This document shows positions 24,966-37,049 of a stretch of 38,382 nucleotides of DNA, piece after piece. The translations under genes and the position numbers were made by a program. The notes under the pieces were generated by a model. That model worked only from the letters and a program-made list of their open reading frames with translations, made no database searches and had not been told where the DNA came from. Origin of the DNA: Catajapyx aquilonaris (lineage: Eukaryota); the NCBI GenBank assembly GCA_000934665.2, contig KZ538265.1, positions 62,001-100,382 of the forward strand, read 5' to 3'. Every line of letters starts with the position of its first letter. Within the stretch, counting starts at the first letter, position 1.

Positions 24966-25592
24966 CTACATACATAAATGAGTAAGTTTGTCTGTGCCTT
25001 CGCTATAGAAACCTAGAGGAATGCCCCTACACCGCCTTAACCTAGCACTCCGGGGGTTACTTTTTCGAGGAACTTAATGGCTCATGTTTCAGCTTCCGAA
25101 AATGAGCCTAAAACCGCATATTCCTGATTCCTCTCACATGAACCCTCAACAATAATGAACTTGACAATATTTACATATCAACATCAATAACAACAGCAAC
25201 AATCATTATTTTTTAAAGTCCCAATCCCAAGGAGATGCACTTGTGCAACAATACCAGTGTAGCAAATTAAATCAGGGGTTTGGCAGCATTGCATCTATAT
25301 CTTGCGCCTCTTTTTTGTACTTCCCATCGCCGTAAATTCAACGCATCCGCCAATTACGCCAATTGGACGTCGACTACGCTATAACGGCAATAATCAAAGC
25401 AGGTATAATCTGTCATGGATAGTGACACACTTTGACTTATTGTACCTTTATAAGGCCTGTTTTAAGGCATATCGAGTTTCGAGTGTATGGAACGCAAATT
25501 TTACAGACAAAACAAACTTCCTAAAATAATATGTACCCCTATACCTTTACCAGCACCCCAACATACCCGGGCAATGCCGGGTAACCTGCTAG
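24965..25592 (+). mobile_element. Non-autonomous Helitron
   Basis: 5' end A|TCTACATACATAAATG. 3' hairpin ACCCGGGCAATGCCGGGT (25565-25582) followed by CTAG (25589-25592). Confidence 0.7.
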
Positions 25593-25636
25593 CGAGAGGA
25601 ATCGGGAATATGCAGAGTTAGGCTCACCGTAAGTAA

Positions 25637-25860
25637 GGGGTATAAGGTCAATAAAATCCAGCCGATCATGCACATTATTGTGTCGAATCCTGACCAGTTG
25701 ACCACCAAGCTCACGTGCTGCATGATAACGTGAAAGGCTCGACGACTTTTAATGAATTGCTATATCATGTCACATTATCTTGCCTTTATGCTGCTGCTGC
25801 ACGGCACTTCACAACTCAATTGCTATGTCTCGTAATAAGCGAGGTTCTTACGGGTAAAAA
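25637..25860. repeat. Dispersed repeat fragment; inverted copy in a G6PD intron (31577-31800)
   Basis: GGGGTATAAGGTCAATAAAATCCAGCCGATCATGCACATTATTGTGTCGAATCC...GGGTAAAAA is the reverse complement of 31577-31800, with scattered substitutions. Confidence 0.85.
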
Positions 25861-25999
25861 CCTTTTTCCCATTCTCCACCCACCCTACACCTGTCACCCC
25901 TTCTATTCGCCGTGACTGGTCCAGGGAAGAGGACTCCCTGGTGCCAGTGCCAACTGGTACAGATGTAGTCATTTTATATATATCGATACTCCTGGTTCT

Positions 26000-26183
26000 G
26001 TGGTTATTGGTAGGGTTGGCACCGTTTCTCCACACAATGTTGAGCTCTTCCATTTACGACTGATGCAGTTGAATGTTCCTGGAGCTGCTTCATTTGAGTC
26101 TTTGCTCACTGTCAACGGTGTGGTGTTCTCCTCTTATTGCGAGGCTGCCTTAGCCAGTGGTTTCATTCTTGATGACGGTGAAT
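26000..26183 (+). pseudogene. Helitron Rep/helicase coding fragment
   Basis: VIGRVGTVSPHNVELFHLRLMQLNVPGAASFESLLTVNGVVFSSYCEAALASGFILDDGE matches the Helitron RepHel linker pattern IGR..V.P...E..LR.LL..V.G..SF..L.TV.G....F.EA....G...DD.E. Confidence 0.85.
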
Positions 26184-26480
26184 TATTTATTATTTCAGGC
26201 GTGTTCAAAGGAACTGAACACTTTATTCCACACACGTTAGAACACTCTCCTGCTGCCAAACGCCAAAGGAAGAAATAAAACTGCAGCAGAGCACCTGTCC
26301 AGTCCGGTCTGGAACTCCAAGCAGCGAGACAAGCTGAACAGAGACAGCAAGAAACTGCAGAAGATTTTTAGGCAAATGCCTATTTAGTTCCTTAACAGTT
26401 GGGATGGTTTTGTGAAGATATCTATCCATTTCATAAGTGCTTGTTTAATTATTGTTAGTTGACAAATTTTTTAAAAAACC

Positions 26481-26567
26481 TGTTGGGAAAACACTTCTTG
26501 CTTTTTTGGAATGACAGTTTTATTTTTGCAATTACATTACCGAACAATCGTGTTTTTTTTGTAAAAT
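26481..26567 (+). repeat. Direct duplication, copy 2; contains the likely TMEM43 poly(A) signal on the - strand
   Basis: See copy 1. TTTATT at about 26519-26524 lies ~300 nt downstream of the TMEM43 stop. Confidence 0.85.
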
Positions 26568-26818
26568 ATTATATATCAGAGGCTCTTGATGACTAGACCC
26601 ACCACAATAAACAACAAAACAACATGGAACAACAACAATGATGTAGAGGTATCCTTATATATAAAGAGGCAACAGTTGAAGACAGGAAAAGGGGAGGCCA
26701 CAAGAAGACACAATACTGTTGAATCAGTTACGACTGGTTTCTTTCTGCTTGCCTGGGGATTCAGTCTATTATGCATTCATTTTTTGATAGGCCTTAGAGG
26801 CAGGCTTGGTTTCTCTTT

Positions 26819-28599
26819 TCAGGGTCTGAATCTGTTCTCCCTACGATCCCTGCGGTAGATCTGGAAGCTGCTGTAGATGAAAGGGGTGGCAGCCCCCAGG
26901 ACCAGACAGAACCCAACCAGGGGACGATAGAAGATCCAGCCACAGGCTATCACGAGTAGGGAAGTAGACATGGACACCGTCATGTTGAGTGAGGTTATCC
27001 CCAGGGCTATCAGGTCACGCACTATCGAGTATCTGGACACTGCAAGTACAACCAAAGGTCAGGTCACACTTCACATACTTACTAGCGAAAACTTACCTAG
27101 CGTGTTAAGTATCCCAGAGATGAAGTAAGTGCCCATGAACATGACGAACCACCCTGCCATTCGTGCCACCCAGGTGTAGAATGAGTTGCTGGCATTCTCG
27201 TGGGCAAACACCTCCTGTACCGGCTTCTTCCCGTACCTAAGAAGCAAGATCTCGTCACCTGCAGATGTCTGGTATGGCCTGAGTTCCCTCCCGCTCTGCA
27301 TGGCCACCAGGGTGACCTCCTCCCCAGAGAGACCGGCATAAGAAAACTGGATCCGGATGTCCCCAACTTCAGGGTTATACACATCCAGTGTGTGATAGTA
27401 CAGGTCAGCATGCAGCTTGATGTTGAGGTTCTCGGGGTGCTCATCCGAAGTGAAGATGACGAAATCGGAGAACTGGTGCTTCAAGGCGGTTCCAAGCAGG
27501 AAGGAGCCCACCTTCACCCGAGGGTTAAGGGTCACCTGGCTGCGAATAGCCATCTCACGAGGGTTCTCATGACCGGTGGGTACAGCAAACATGGAGCTGT
27601 CCACCAGCTTGTCACGCCAGTCCTTGTCGTACGAATAGCGGGTCTCCACATGAGGATGGTCGCCACCTGACTGGTACTCGCTGACATGGAAAAGCACAGT
27701 TAGGCAACATAAACATCAGATGCAAACCAACTGACCTTTGACTCTCCTCTTCAACCCACTGATACATCTGCACCCTCCTCTTGAGCTTGACGGCAGGTAT
27801 GGACACACCGTATTCCAGCTCTGAGAGCTGGTCCTCTATAGCCAGCGGTCCAGTGAGGTGCACCAGCTTCCCATTGTTCTCATCAAAAGCAACCTCCGTC
27901 GTCTCCAACGACCTGACTGCATGAACTGCCTCGTCCAGCGAGCGTGCCCTCTGCACAGCCCTTCCCTCATTCCAGAAGAGAACTCCTGCTCCGCCGAGGA
28001 ACATCAGAAGCCCAATAGCCGCCGGGAAGAAGGACTGTCGAAGTTGGAACAGCACCGATGGACCCTGGCGCCGGTGAGGAGAGCGCCGGTTGGAGGGAAT
28101 GAGCCTCTGAGAACCATCCTGGTGCATCCCTGGTGCATCTGGGTACTTCAGAGCAAGAGGAAATTTGTTAAGTAAATTTTATGCATCACTTGCATGTTAT
28201 CTATGCTGCAATTAATTTGTCTCAATAATTTTAACCTTTGTTTCGTTAGGAAGGGGCCAAGGCAACTATGCGCACTTTTAACGTCATGTGAAATTGTGGC
28301 ATTAACCTAGCAGCAGAAGAACTAGCGCAAAAAAATATTCAAATGTAACAACCCTATGGGGGACGCTCGCCACATCTGGGTTAAGTAAGCCTGGATGTTC
28401 TGATTGGGCTGCCCTATTTTAACTAATTTTAGAGACAGATTCTGCACCTGTCTTTGCGGTGTGACACTCGCATATTCCACCTCCGACGTGCCAATCAGAT
28501 ATTAATAGCTTCTGAAACATCACATGTACGTGTTGCATAATTGGCTTGGCTGGCATGCCAATTACGCAATCATGGTCTGCTTACATTTGAGCGATACAT
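26819..28599 (-). CDS. TMEM43: Transmembrane protein 43 (LUMA) homolog, 409 aa
   Basis: Exons 28599-28585, 28145-27736, 27680-27097 and 27039-26819, total 1230 nt. Motifs LFWNEGRAV, NNGKLVHLTG, AVKLKRRVQMYQWVE, PEVGDIRIQFSYAG and C-terminal IACGWIFYRPL transmembrane helices. Confidence 0.95.
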
Positions 28600-28950
28600 G
28601 CTGTGTAGTAGTCTGAGGGGCTGTCCTCAGGAGGTTATCTCTCTCAGTTGTCCCCCAGTCCAAGCAGCGGTGGTGGTGGTGAGGAGCAACGGCAGGCAGG
28701 GAGACGTCAGGAGCAGGTACGGAGCATTAGTGAGTCGTCCGGTACATGCTGCATGTTAGTAACTGCCCCCCCAAATTAGAACAGGAGAATAGCTTAAATT
28801 AAATGCGAAAAATTGGCAGAAAAATGATAGAAAAGGTTATCTTGAAGGAGAACGGAGAGAAGCCGTTCTGGTCAGCTGATCCGATCGAATGCGACTATTG
28901 GGATTGTTGTAAATTCTGACACCCTCACATAGATGGCGACACTAGTTGCG

Positions 28951-28958
28951 TGACGTCA
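28951..28958. promoter_or_regulatory. CRE palindrome in the TMEM43/G6PD divergent promoter region
   Basis: TGACGTCA. Another copy overlaps an E-box (TGACGTCACGTG) at 30422-30433. Confidence 0.35.
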
Positions 28959-30365
28959 TGAGCCCGCGCTTCTATTCAAACCTGCTAATTATGTTGGAAA
29001 TTGAACATAATCACTATCAGTTTTCCATATTGCAGTCAAATCGCGGTGATATTGCAACCGAATTTGTGCGTCAGTCGCTCTAAACCGGCTTCAAAATTAA
29101 AACGAGCGGTTCTTATTCGTTAGTAGCTATTAATTGCCGGTATAAGGCCGGCAAAGGAGCACTCGTGAGCATTGCATTGCTCAACAATTATTCCTGCCAT
29201 AATCTTCCTGCACATGCATCACGCGAGTGACATTCGTACCCGGAAGGTGATATTTTAGTGGTCTGCGCGCTTATTTTATGCTGCAATATTGAACCGTCAA
29301 GGTCATCCATGCGGCCGGCTCTTTATCTCTTCCGATTACCAGATAGGGAAATTATGTCGCCCTCTGTGCAAGCCCAATTCTTATTGTAACCACGCCGCCT
29401 TATTCATGGGGCGTATCAAAAATTGCACCTGGCCAGCGGCTGACAATAAAGCCCAGGAGACCGACAAAAGGGAAAGCACGATCCCCATTATTACAGTTAC
29501 CTAATTGCCCCAGTGTATGTAGACCACACTTTCACTTTCTAGTTAATAAAGTGACAAGTCACGCCAACTTTTCAAGGGAAAAGAAATCGCTCCAATATTT
29601 ACACAACCTGAATAACAATATATAGCCCATTTATTTATTCATTCATTCATTTATACAGCCTGGTTGATTGTTGAAAAATTATTATCTGGCGATTCGGTGT
29701 CATTGCTGCGAAATTGATTTTAACACTTGGAGTACATTGTATAGTGTCGTGAAAAACAGACCGGATCGAAACTGGCTGATCTAAACTGGCAACTCCGCTT
29801 TGGTGGTTGCCAGACCTTGACTGGATCTGACTAGTCCTCTTATGTCCTCTATAACCACACACACACACAGTCGGTTTCGAGACTACCACAAGGCCCAGAT
29901 CAAAATTCCTAGTGTCACACACATCATCGTTTATTGTCACATGCTCTTCACGTGCTGGTAAGTCACACACACAAGATTTTCCTCCTTTTTTGGTGTGAAT
30001 ATGTCATATTAAATTGATATATGGCTGTTTCGCGCTTGATTTTAACTGGCTGTCTTGTATGGTAATTTGAGGACATGCCCCTAAGGGGGTTGTAACTAGA
30101 TCCTACAGATTGCGCAACAAAAACCAGTTCCGGCCACTGGTAAAATGAACCGGATTTTATCACCGTTGAACCACAAAATAATTGTCAAAAAACACCATTG
30201 TTTTAACCACAACAATAACATTAAAAGTGAATGACAGCACAATGCTACTGCGGTTTTTGAAGTCTACAGACCGAATCGATAGACTGTAACCATACCCTCT
30301 TTTTTTCTCTAGCAGATCGCAACAGACTGGGTAGCATACCGAGCTGCACTTCTAACAAGGTCATC

Positions 30366-33300
30366 ATGAGCAGGGGTGAGTACTTGCAATCTTATATTAC
30401 GAAGTGACGTTGCTCTTTACCTGACGTCACGTGATGTTATACTCGCGCGATGAAGGCGGGGTTTGAAATGTTGAGATGAGGAAGAAGCTTCCCTGAGCAG
30501 CTGCCAGGGAAACTTTGGGGTTGGTTGGTTGGTGCAGGAGGATATATATGTTTGAAGGCATTTTCTCTGTGTATTCACAAACACCAAAACTTGGTTGCAG
30601 AGGAGCATTCCAGTGGAAGCTTGTCTGAGGTATGGTTTAGCTTCAATAACTTGCCTGCACTTATTCATTTTCGAATAATTTGAAAGTTGATTGCTCGGTT
30701 GATTGCATGTAATTATGATGGTCGAATTATGTTTAAGAGGTGTTTTGTTTTCTAAGGTACGAGTTCGACGTCGACGGCGTCGGTTGATCCTTTGGTTTTG
30801 ATTCGTCAGTCGTTGAGATCTACGTCGATGTCGGGGGCAGAGCATTTCGACGCGGGTATGCCGCACATTTTTATCGTCATGGGAGCTTCCGTAAGTAGTT
30901 TGCGCCTGTTTTTTTTTTGTGCGAAATGAACGGTGACAATGGCCTTGACTAGGGGATTCTGGTTACGCAAAAAGAGTGACGTGAAAACGTTCATTATTTG
31001 GTTGGGTTGTTCAGGTGTAGGCTAATAAATAATTGTTTGGTGGAGGGGCTAAAAGAGGTATAGTTAAAACCCGAATCTTGGTCCTCTTCAGTGCTATCAA
31101 CAGGTGGGGATAAGAATCGGTATCTCCTCTTTCGACAGCCGGTTGCTGTAACATGCTTTTAAAACATGCGAGGGAAATATTGAGGGTGAAAAAGAAGGCG
31201 CACATGGGCCAGATTTCTCATGATAATCATATGATAATGTACATTAATTATGCGAAATCCGCTGTTCGGTATAGCTTATACTGCTGCAACCCATGTTTCG
31301 CAGAGGAAAAGTGCCTGCTTATATGTCTTTGATTTGTGTTCGTGATGATAATTATTTGGCACGAAACTGTTGTAATGAAATGACTTTCAAAAGACTGCAT
31401 CAGTTTATGTAATAAATTGCGGAAGTTATATATGGAATCGACTATGGAGCTTTATACTAAAAAGCGCGAAGTCATAGGTCTTGCCTGAGTATTGCATGCC
31501 TATTGTATGCAATAATAGGCAGGAAATACTTATTTTTGTAACTGATTGAAATGTTGCCAGGCAGGGTAGGAAATGCTTTTTACCCGTATGAACCTCACCT
31601 ATTACGAGACTAGCAATTGAGTTGCGTGAAGTGCTGTGCAGCGTCATAAAAGGCAAGATAATGTGACCCGATATAGCAATTCATTAAAAGTCGTCGAGCC
31701 TTTCGCGTAATCAGGCAGCACATGAGCTTGGAGGTCAACTGGTCGGGATTCGACACAATAATGTGCATGATCGGCTGGATTTCATTGACCTTTATACCCC
31801 TCATGATCTCATCGTGAACATTTGCGTATATTTGACGTCGACTGGGGATGGCCTTAGACACGCGCGGAAGAGATGACAGAGATAATTTCCTGTCCTTATT
31901 ACACATCTACTTATGTCATTCGTATGTGACACGTGCGGCGGATGTGAAATCGTGAAGGCAGAATATTGACCCCCAATGTCACGATATCGATCTGATGAGA
32001 AGACAAAGTGCGATTCCTCGGATCCGAAATTGAGAAATTGTGTCAAAATTTCTTAACACTTGCCTGTGCCATAATCGGCTCAATAATGGTCATCTTGGTA
32101 CAGTATTTAAATGGCATCATTTTAAAATGGCAGAGTTGCGATTAATTCTGACCGTATTTAGAGTGTGCAATGAAGCAATTATATCGAACTGACAACCCAC
32201 TAGTGACTAGTCCGTTATCAGGAATAAGTTCTTATCATTCAATTAATGACTTTCATACAGCTCTAAATCTTATGTAATAATTAATAGTGTAACCTGTGGT
32301 GTAACCTACATAATTATGTGGCACACTGACAGTGAGTGAAGCTGTCATCAAGGTCTTCAAGAGCTATAGTTGACTCATACTATACATTGGACAGGTGTTT
32401 CCTTACTCTGCAAATATTGGCCCGGTATTGGCCCCATTAGAGAAACATAGCAGAAAGCTTATCTATTTGGATCAAAGTGCTGGTCTCAATTTTTTGAAAT
32501 ATGATTCATATTTTGTACTTTTATTTTTCTGAATGTCACTTAATAACTTTGTTCCAAATTTAGGGCGACCTGGCGAAGAAGAAGATTTACCCAACACTTT
32601 GGTGGCTGTACCGGGACAACCTCCTGCCCAAGAAGACCATCTTCTTTGGGTATGCGAGGTCCAAGCTGACAGTGGATGACCTGCGAGCCAAGTGTCAGCA
32701 GTACATGAAAGTGAGGGACGGGGAGGAACAGATGCTGGATGAGTTCTGGAAGTGCAACAAGTACTGTGCTGGAAGCTATGATGGTCGGAGGGACTTTGAG
32801 CTGCTCAACCAGGAGCTGGAAAAGGAGGAGAAAGGAAGTGTGGCCAACCGTCTCTTCTACTTGGCCCTGCCTCCATCCGTTTTTGAGCCTGTCACCAGCA
32901 ACATACGCAACACCTGCATGGGCACCAAGTGTGTATAAATTTAATTGCATATTTCAAATTATGCTTGTGATGATGTTTATGATAATAGATATACACCATT
33001 CAGCTTCACTGTCTGGCTCTCATATTTGAATCACAAAGAGAAGAAGAGAAATTGAGGGTAAGTCTAATTCCATCTTTTGTTCCTGAAGGGGATGGACCCG
33101 AATCATTATTGAGAAGCCTTTTGGGCGTGACTCGGATTCCTCGGCACAACTGACTCGCCACTTATCAACTCTGTTCCGAGAAGACCAGATTTACCGCATT
33201 GACCATTACCTAGGAAAGGAAATGGTGCAGAATCTCATGATTCTCAGGTACGTTACTGAGACTGCTCATGACTAGATTCCAATATAGTGAAACCTGCATG

Positions 33301-35028
33301 TTTGTAGTGGAATCGATCTCTTCCAAATAATGAAGTACATGTGTACCAGTAACTTCATTATATGGATAATTTTAATGTATCTTTGTCACATATGTGACCG
33401 AGGTACAGTAAAATTATCTGTGACCTAACAAAAATTTTGCATCAGACAAGTACCTTAGTCCTCAAGCCTCTCTAGTATCAAGGAGTGCATTAATGGCCAG
33501 TTTTACTGTTAACATTGATTTTCTATATGTTATTGGTAATATATATTTTTTAAACCTTGGATGGGGTAGAAAATCATCACTTACACTCTGAATTCTTCTG
33601 TACAGATTTGGAAACCGCATCTTTGGGCCAACATGGAACCGGGAGAGCATCGCTTCAGTTTTCATCTCATTCAAGGAGCCATTTGGAACTCAGGGACGTG
33701 GGGGATATTTTGATGAATTTGGTATCATCCGAGACGTCATGCAGAACCACCTCCTGCAGATTCTCTGCCTGGCTGCCATGGAGAAGCCTGTCACAGCACA
33801 ACCTGATGACATCAGAGATGAGAAGGTAACTTACAGTTAGTTTTACAGCAGTTACCGCTGCAGGGTAGGCAATATGTAGGTAGCTTGGGTGTTAATTGGC
33901 ATTATTTGAAAATAGGTGAAGGCGCTGAAATGCATGCCAGCCCTGGAGTTGGAGGATGTTGTTTTGGGCCAGTACGTAGGCGATCCAGATGGAGAAGGAG
34001 AGGCTAAGGAAGGCTACTTGGATGACCCAACTGTTCCAGCAAATTCAAACACTCCCACCTTCGCAATGGCTGTGTGTCGCATCCGCAGTGAGAGGTGGGA
34101 TGGAGTGCCCTTCATTCTCAGGTGTGGAAAAGGTGTGTATTAGGGGAAAATTCCCTTCATTATCATAACGTGAAAAATAATTTTGTCCAACAGCATGGCA
34201 ATGTACGAGGACAATAATTATGTCAAGTTGATAACATTATTTTGGACTGTTAAAATAATCTTTCTTACAGCCCTGAATGAGCGCAAGGCTGAAGTTCGCA
34301 TCCAGTACCGAGATGTTGCAGGTGACATTTTTGGAGGTGCTCCCAAGCGTAATGAGCTGGTCCTCCGTGTCCAGCCTGGAGAAGCAGTGTATGTGAAGAT
34401 GATGACCAAGAGCCCTGGAATGAGCTTCCAGATGGAGGAGACAGAATTAGACCTGACCTACGATGCTAGATACAAGGATGTCAAGATGCCGGATGCATAC
34501 GAGAGGCTCATCCTTGACGTCTTCTGTGGCTCACAGATGCACTTTGTCAGATCAGATGAACTGGCAGAAGCTTGGCGGGTATTCACACCTCTCCTGCAAC
34601 GAATAGAGAGAGAGAGAATCAAGCCCATTCCTTACAAGTAAGCAGTGATCTTTCACTTTGTTGCATCCTAACTCCTGAATCCTAATTTACAAAGCATAAT
34701 GATACCAAATGGGTAGCAATTCCAAGTAAGGTAACTGGTTGTTACAGTGTCAAGAACTGCATGTAAGTTTGAAGTGTAGTGATAACTCTAACCAGTAGCC
34801 ATAACCAGTAAACAGTGTGTAACTGATGAGAAGTTGCAATTCTCTCATCTGCTACCTGAACAACTGACGGAATGTTACAATCAGGATAAATTCAACTGGT
34901 GACTAATGGTACATAATTTCTCTGTCTCAAGGTATGGGTCGAGAGGGCCGAAGGAAGCCGATGAACTGCTGGCACGCAACAATTTCATCTACTCGGGTTC
35001 ATACAAGTGGGTCAAGCCGACACTGTAA
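30366..35028 (+). CDS. G6PD: Glucose-6-phosphate 1-dehydrogenase, ~522 aa
   Basis: Exons 30366-30375, 30757-30890, 32564-32928, 33089-33247, 33606-33825, 33916-34132, 34271-34637 and 34932-35028, total 1569 nt. Motifs [44 protein letters not shown] and HFVRSDEL. The first 10-nt exon is less certain. Confidence 0.97.
31577..31800. repeat. Dispersed repeat in a G6PD intron (inverted copy at 25637-25860)
   Basis: Reverse-complement match to 25637-25860. The element may extend to ~32060. Confidence 0.8.
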
Positions 35029-36630
35029 GAACTGGTGGGATGGTGAATTTTGAAGCTTTTGCTTTCTGCCTTTCGATTTTTTAAGGCTCTAAAATTGAGT
35101 CTGAAATGTACTGTCCAGCCTTTGGAGTATTAATGTTTCTTTATCGCATATTTTGCATAAAATGTTGTTATATTCTTCAATACTGTTTCCCATATAAAGT
35201 AGATGATTACACTGTGTGCACTGATCTTTCCATTACTCCCAATGTCCTTTGGCAAGAAAGCGAATGAAAGTCAAGAAGCTGAGAGACTGACACCTGGTTT
35301 ATTTTTGGGACTGCTTATATACAGGAGGGTGCTCCCTTAAGGACAGAGGTGGATCAGGGTAGGGGCCTAAGCCCCACCTCGGAGTCAAGACGTGTCAGCT
35401 CTGGTCTGGCTGGGAATCCGGATGCCACTGTAGTTCATTTCATTCTTCATGCAGTCAGCGAAATTAGCTAAAATCATCATAGGAAATAAACTCAGAGCAA
35501 GAATAAGACAACTGCAGCATCACGTGCAGGAGGATCAGCGTCAGCCAGATGTTGTGAGGACGATGCCAAGTAAGGGAGAGATGGCCACTGAACAAAGCGT
35601 GGCGATTGTACATGAGATGTAACTAACTGGCTATGATGGGAGGGATTAGGTTCCAGACCCCTGCTGATTAGCAAATATTGCCATAGACTCATAGAGCAAC
35701 CCACAGCCTTTTTTAAACTTATTGCTAGTGCACATGAAAGCCTTAAAACGTGTTTACCCTATATATCATGTGCAAAAGTACTAGGCCAAAAATATGCTAT
35801 GCAACGAAAAACAATGCAAATGCTACCACTGTAATATACCCTAACACCTTAAAATATTTTTCACATTATGGCAAAAATATAATAACAATAAAAGTAATTG
35901 AAAAGCATAGCATTAACAAATTGTCACAAAACGGAGCAGATGAAATCACTACTCTCTCACAAATATATGAAAAACATTTTTCATGAAAATATACAATTAA
36001 TTTATATATTGTCAAATGTTTTCAAATTCATGCCACTAGTGACCTGTAGTAGTGGCCTGTAGTAGGCCTAATGATGATAACGATATAAAACTGATAATAA
36101 TTAATAGCACAGTTACATGGATGGCTTATTTCGTTGTTTGTTGTCTCAACTGAGTAAAAGTGGGTTTCTTAACAATACAGTGGGTGAGCTCTTGGTGATC
36201 ATGGAGAGCACCAAGAGCAGTCAAAGTACAACAATTTTGAAGTCAGTGTACATGTACCACTGCTGATATGTACCCATTTACCATTGAATTTGGCCTGTGG
36301 GTCCTTGAATTTGGTACTCTGGTGTACACTTTAGACTTTACAGTCGAGCGAGTACCCCCTCGAATGAAATTCAATGGGATTTTTTTTTTTTACCGGCATT
36401 CCTCATTCAATATTTGCGAGTACTTTCACAATATTATTGGTAGGCCTCCCACTGGCAGTGCAAGTTCCCCACACCTCAAATACTCTATTACCAGCAGTTG
36501 GTTACTAAACTACATACACTATACATTATCGTCACTTTTTAAATTACAACATAGAAATGACAAGTTGAATAACCTGTAGAGGTAGCGCAGGAAGGGGGGG
36601 GGAAAAACACTCGAAAATAGAACAAAATAA

Positions 36631-36705
36631 TGGAGGTGCCGAGGATCGAACCAGGGACCTTTCACATGCAAAGCAAACACTCTTCTACCACTGAGCTACA
36701 CTGCC
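36631..36705 (-). pseudogene. tRNA-Ala(TGC)-derived pseudogene
   Basis: Minus strand reads GGCAGTGTAGCTCAGTGGTAGAAGAGTGTTTGCTTTGCATGTGAAAGGTCCCTGGTTCGATCCTCGGCACCTCCA then TTATTTT. A and B boxes and a TGC anticodon are present, but the acceptor stem is mismatched and the D arm has extra bases. Confidence 0.8.
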
Positions 36706-37049
36706 ACTACATAGGCATTATTGCTTCGTTGTGAGGGGACCTATGAACATGTTCATATATATTATGTGTTATGTCATAACACAATAAACACATAATATTG
36801 AACATAATTTCATGTAGGGTGACACCATTTCCAAATCTCCAAAAAGAAGGGCATAGATGCTCTGTATACAGGGTGTATTTGAACTCAGTGCCCCGACGTA
36901 TAAGACTGCCTTCCTAGCCACCAGAGGATCGATTTAAGTATAGGAGTCATTATGTTGGGCCGCCGCATTACAGAGATAATTGGCCACAAACATGTAGCCT
37001 AGTACAAAATATCCTGTCGGTTAGGCCACCCATCGAACCCTCCCCCAGT

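Noticed and set aside
30548..30629. Alternative G6PD first coding exon ending at GAG|GTATGG
   Set aside because: In-frame TGA immediately before the donor.
1478..35028. Functional mitochondrial/redox cluster (carrier, MIA40, G6PD)
   Set aside because: Interspersed with unrelated housekeeping genes; explained by an ordinary gene-dense region.
35640..35680. GGGATTAGGTTCCAGACCCC pogo/Tigger-like MITE fragment
   Set aside because: Too short, and no matching opposite terminus was found.
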